Shown here piece by piece: positions 60,330-64,000 of a stretch of 64,000 nucleotides of DNA. The DNA is taken from positions 448,001-512,000 of the forward strand of contig CAXWPL010000005.1 in NCBI GenBank assembly GCA_963666215.2, read 5' to 3'. This DNA is from Acidobacteriota bacterium (GTDB taxonomy: Bacteria > Acidobacteriota > UBA890 > WLXD01). Positions within the stretch are counted from its first letter, which is position 1. Every line of letters starts with the position of its first letter. A model generated the notes under the pieces. The model was not told the DNA's origin. It made no database searches and worked only from the letters and a program-made list of their open reading frames with translations. The translations under genes were made by a program, and so were the position numbers.

Positions 60330-61493
60330 ATGATGAGCAAGACCTTCGAGCGCATCGAGACCAAGCTGATACACGCCGGCGAGCCGGAGCCCCGTATCGA
60401 GGGCGCGGTAACGATGCCGGTGTTCCAGTCGGCCACCTTCCTCTCTGGAACCGGCGCCGACAACTACCACGATGTCCGTTACGTCCGCCTCAACAACACC
60501 CCCAACCACGACGCGCTGCACGCCAAGATGGCGGCGCTCGAGAACGCCGAGGCAGCGCTCGTCACAAGCAGCGGCATGGCGGCAATCAGCACCACGCTGC
60601 GCACATTCCTGTCCAGCGGCGACCACCTGCTGGTCCAGAACTGCCTGTACGGCGGCACCCACGAGCTCTTCACGCTCGACTATCCCGAGCTCGGCATCGA
60701 GCACGACGTGTTCGACCCACGCGCCCCCGACACCTGGGCGGCGTTGCTGCGACCCACGACGAAGGTCATCTACGCCGAGACCATCACCAACCCTCTCATG
60801 GAGGTCGGGGAGCTCGACGCCATCGCCGCATTCGCACGCCAGCACGGGCTCATCTCGATGATCGACAACACCTTCGCCAGCCCCATCAACTTCAGGCCCG
60901 CCGAGCACGGCTTCGACCTGTCGCTGCACAGCGCCACCAAGTACCTCAACGGCCACAGCGACATCGCCGCCGGCGTGGCCATAGGCCCCGCCGACCTCAT
61001 CGAACGCGTGCGCCTCAAGCTCAATCTCTTCGGCGGCACCCTCGATCCGCACGCCTGTTTCCTGCTCAACCGCGGTGTCAAAACACTGGCGCTCCGAGTC
61101 CGCGCGCAGTGCGACAACGCCCAACGCATCGCGGAGTTTCTCGACGCCCACCCGCGCGTCGCCCACGTCAACTATCCCGGGTTGGCCAGCGACCCCGATC
61201 ACGAGCGCGCCACGACGCTGCTCGACGGCTTCGGCGGCATGCTCTCATTCGAGGTCGACGGCGACGCGTCTGAAGCCCAAGCCGTCATGGGAGCCGCGCA
61301 GATCGCCATCGATGCCCCGAGCCTCGGCGGCCCTGAGACGTTGGTTACACGCCCCTCCGCCACTTCGCACGCCTGCCTCACCCCGCAAGAGCGCGAGACT
61401 GCCGGGATCTCCGACGGACTCATCCGCATGTCGGTCGGCATCGAGGCGGCCGAAGACCTCATCGCCGACCTCGCCCAGGCGCTAGAGCGCTAG
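60330..61493 (+). CDS. Cys/Met metabolism PLP enzyme (cystathionine gamma-synthase/lyase family)
   Basis: SSGMAAI, YGGT, ETITNP, DNTFASP, HSATKYLNGHSD, SLGG.E, R.SVGIE. Confidence 0.92.
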   Translation: MMSKTFERIETKLIHAGEPEPRIEGAVTMPVFQSATFLSGTGADNYHDVRYVRLNNTPNHDALHAKMAALENAEAALVTSSGMAAISTTLRTFLSSGDHLLVQNCLYGGTHELFTLDYPELGIEHDVFDPRAPDTWAALLRPTTKVIYAETITNPLMEVGELDAIAAFARQHGLISMIDNTFASPINFRPAEHGFDLSLHSATKYLNGHSDIAAGVAIGPADLIERVRLKLNLFGGTLDPHACFLLNRGVKTLALRVRAQCDNAQRIAEFLDAHPRVAHVNYPGLASDPDHERATTLLDGFGGMLSFEVDGDASEAQAVMGAAQIAIDAPSLGGPETLVTRPSATSHACLTPQERETAGISDGLIRMSVGIEAAEDLIADLAQALER

Positions 61494-61626
61494 AGATCGG
61501 CTGGCAGACGCGTCGAGCGGCCTTGGCCGTAGGGGGCGGCCTGTCGCCAGAAGAGCCGCCGCCCTGGTTGCCGGTTGCGATCAGCGCTCCTGGGCAAGCG
61601 ACGGCGACGGCGGTGACAATCGCCCG

Positions 61627-62154
61627 CTACACCGATAGACGCTGGCGAAGGACCTCGCACAGAGCCACAGCCACCGAATTGGCCAGGTTGAGCGAGCGGA
61701 CTCGCTGACCGACGATTGGAATCCTCACCATCCGATCGGCGTAGCGATCACGCGTTTCGTTGGAAAATCCTGCCGATTCGCGTCCGAACAGAAGCACGGT
61801 CCGCCGCGGGTACTCGACGTCCCACAGCAAGCGCTTGCCTTCGGCGCTGAAGAACCACGGCTCACCGAGCTCGGGCAGCCGCGACTCGATGTGCTCCCAG
61901 GAGCCCCACACCTGGGGCTGAACATGACGCCAGTAGTCAAGACCAGCACGCCGGACATGGGCGTCGTCGAGCGAGAATCCGAGTGGCTCCACGAGGTGCA
62001 GCTGCGCCCCGGTGGCCAGGCAGGAGCGTCCGATGTTGCCGGTGTTGCCGTGGATCTCCGGCTCCACGAGCACAACGTGCAGGGCGTCGTTTGCTCCACC
62101 CGTGTCCGTTTCCAGAGCCGTGTCTGTTGATCCTTCTGAAGTCGGGCCGCTCAT
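61627..62154 (-). CDS. trmL: tRNA (cytidine(34)-2'-O)-methyltransferase
   Basis: VLVEPEI.GNTGNIGR, PLGF, RRAGLDYW, FGRES.G, RSLNL. Confidence 0.93.
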   Translation of the reverse strand: MSGPTSEGSTDTALETDTGGANDALHVVLVEPEIHGNTGNIGRSCLATGAQLHLVEPLGFSLDDAHVRRAGLDYWRHVQPQVWGSWEHIESRLPELGEPWFFSAEGKRLLWDVEYPRRTVLLFGRESAGFSNETRDRYADRMVRIPIVGQRVRSLNLANSVAVALCEVLRQRLSV

Positions 62155-62322
62155 CGCCCGGCGAGTGTATTCGACGGGCGCGACGCGGGGAGAATCGGCC
62201 GGCATCGATGTTGACGCGAGCTCGAGAATAAGGGCCTCGGCGAAACGTTCTCGCCGAGGCCCTGATTACCGCGATCACGACGGTCTATCCCCCGTCTCCG
62301 GAGGGCAGCCGTCGGGATCGAC

Positions 62323-63630
62323 CTACAGTGTTTTGGCGATCTCGGGACGAGCCTTGGTGCGTCCGCCGCTCGAGACCTGTTCTTCTTCGCCCTGTTCGCC
62401 CTCTTCCCCGTCTTCGTTGTCGGCGTCGTCGTGATCATGATCGTGGTCCGACCAGATACCGAACGGCAGATCACCGAACTCGAATTCGAAGCCGTGCAGG
62501 TCGAGGTCATCGAGCTTGAAGTCCCAGACGGCGCCTTCTGCACCGTCGCCGGTCCAGTCGCGGCGGAACTCGAAGAGCTCGTTGGCGTGGTCGCCGAACC
62601 CAATGCTGCCCTCGTCGCCATCGAAGAAGAAGACGCTCGGACCTTCGTGCTCCTCGCCCTCTTCGTGTTGATGGGGGTCGCCCTCGCGCAGCGTTCGAGT
62701 CAGGACACCGAACGGATGCCGCCGCATCTCGTCCGCCTTGTCGCGCTGTTCGGGGGTCAGGATCGCGCGGATCTGCTGACGCAGCCGCAGACCGGCAACG
62801 CGATCTTCAACGCGCATCCGCGAGATCTGCTCCATCTGGGTTTGAACGGCCCCGAGGTCGGCTTCGTATTCGTTTTCGAGCAAGGAGTCGAGGTCGAGCT
62901 CCGCCACCTCGATCGCCGCCTGGCGTTCGATCTCAGCTCGGCGATGATCACGCTCGGCGGAGCGGATACCGTCCTGCTGGTCGTCGGTCAGCTCCAGCTC
63001 CTCAGCGCGGGCCAGGATCGCATCGGCGGAGTTGGACCCTCTCCGCAGGAGCATGCCCGGAGCAGAGATCCGCACGCGCGGTGCGGATCGCACCGAGAAT
63101 CGTCGATCCTGCAGTCCGGACCGCAGACCTTCGAGCGCGTGCCGCCTGGCGATCACAGCGCTTTCCATCGCCTGCTGCGCGCTGTGCAGCGCCTCTCGGT
63201 GTGCAACGCCCCCAGCGCGCTGCCCCTCCACTGCTCGCTCGAGTAGCTCTCGTGTGCGCGCCAAACGCTCATTCGCGACGCCGGTTCGCTCATGAAGACT
63301 GGCCTCGAGGCCGGCGAGCATCCGGTCGAGCTGCTCTTGATGAAGCTGCTTGGCCCCACGTTGCCGCATCACCAGGCGCTCGGCGAGCTCAATCCTGCGG
63401 CGGGCCTCGTCGAGCTGCTTCTTTTCGGGATCGAGCTGCTGTTCCTCTTGAATAGCGCTCGACGTCGGCGAGCCCTCCTGATGAGCGATAGCCGCGTCGA
63501 CCAACGCCACCGAGCCCAGCAGCAGTGTAGCCACGGCCAGACTGGCGGCCATGGTTGTCAGCCGCGAACGCCCTGAGCGTTGCGCCAGCCAGCTCGGCAA
63601 TCGCCGAACCTGATCGGGTGGAGAACCCAT
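62323..63630 (-). CDS. Spy/CpxP-like periplasmic protein with long extensions
   Basis: Signal/TM segment, coiled coil, ELELTDDQQ..I and ILTPEQR motifs, acidic and His-rich tail. Start uncertain. Confidence 0.7.
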   Translation of the reverse strand: MGSPPDQVRRLPSWLAQRSGRSRLTTMAASLAVATLLLGSVALVDAAIAHQEGSPTSSAIQEEQQLDPEKKQLDEARRRIELAERLVMRQRGAKQLHQEQLDRMLAGLEASLHERTGVANERLARTRELLERAVEGQRAGGVAHREALHSAQQAMESAVIARRHALEGLRSGLQDRRFSVRSAPRVRISAPGMLLRRGSNSADAILARAEELELTDDQQDGIRSAERDHRRAEIERQAAIEVAELDLDSLLENEYEADLGAVQTQMEQISRMRVEDRVAGLRLRQQIRAILTPEQRDKADEMRRHPFGVLTRTLREGDPHQHEEGEEHEGPSVFFFDGDEGSIGFGDHANELFEFRRDWTGDGAEGAVWDFKLDDLDLHGFEFEFGDLPFGIWSDHDHDHDDADNEDGEEGEQGEEEQVSSGGRTKARPEIAKTL

Positions 63631-63736
63631 GTCGAACCTCCGAGTCGAAGGGAGGGAGCGTCGGGGCTTTCGAGAACTGTTGAATAGGAGCGTCGCCGGC
63701 CACAAAAAGTCGGCAAAGAACGAGGCCGACTCGAAA

Positions 63737-63752
63737 TTTAGGCTAGACTAAA
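63737..63752. promoter_or_regulatory. DtxR/MntR-like operator palindrome
   Basis: TTTAG-GCTAGA-CTAAA in an AT-rich patch between divergent genes. Confidence 0.5.
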
Positions 63753-63762
63753 AATATCTTCT

Positions 63763-64000
63763 ATGAAACGCTCCGCCGCTCTACTTCTGTGCCTACTGCT
63801 GCTCGGTGGGCTATTCGCCGCTCCCGACCGCGGTGACAGCCACATTGTGCGCGAAGCCCCCTGGCACCCCGTGCCGGCCGCTTATCTGCGCAGCCTGTTC
63901 TACATCGGTTTGCAGCCAATCGACTGGCGGCTCGTGGCCTCGGAGTACGAAGCGCCGCTCGAGCCAGCCTACGGCTTCGCTACCGTGTACGACATGCTCG
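63763..64000 (+). CDS. Secreted protein, N-terminal part (runs off the window)
   Basis: MKRSAALLLLCLLLLGGLFAA signal peptide. The frame is open to the window end. Confidence 0.7.
   Translation, partial: MKRSAALLLCLLLLGGLFAAPDRGDSHIVREAPWHPVPAAYLRSLFYIGLQPIDWRLVASEYEAPLEPAYGFATVYDML

Overview
GC-rich bacterial chromosomal segment. The PadR plus duplicated orphan permease (ADOP) pair and the gene content suggest Acidobacteriota or a relative (inference). The window opens with the end of a prophage or integrative element (replication gene tail, DnaC-like loader, excisionase, tyrosine integrase) that abuts the 5' side of a tRNA-Leu(CAA). The rest is housekeeping genes (ilvA, fabF, ddl, trmL, DEAD helicase, desaturase, Na/Pi transporter) mixed with many exported proteins. 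Three IS insertions with readable target-site duplications (two IS481, one IS256) each disrupt a secreted or outer-membrane protein gene. Signals missed by the ORF track: (1) a signal-peptide AhpC/TSA-type selenoprotein (W-U-P-S-C) with a SECIS-like hairpin; (2) a Thr/Ile/Leu/Val-rich leader peptide and attenuator upstream of ilvA; (3) a deletion junction joining two convergent genes; (4) a sigma-54-driven, hairpin-less mini membrane-fusion protein; (5) a DtxR-like operator. The best candidates for new systems are an operon of two Tat-exported PLP aminotransferases, a cytochrome c and a PQQ dehydrogenase, and a cytochrome c/beta-barrel fusion coupled to a secreted CX4CH protein. Several single-base lesions may be assembly errors. 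All calls come from motif recognition by eye; no searches were run.
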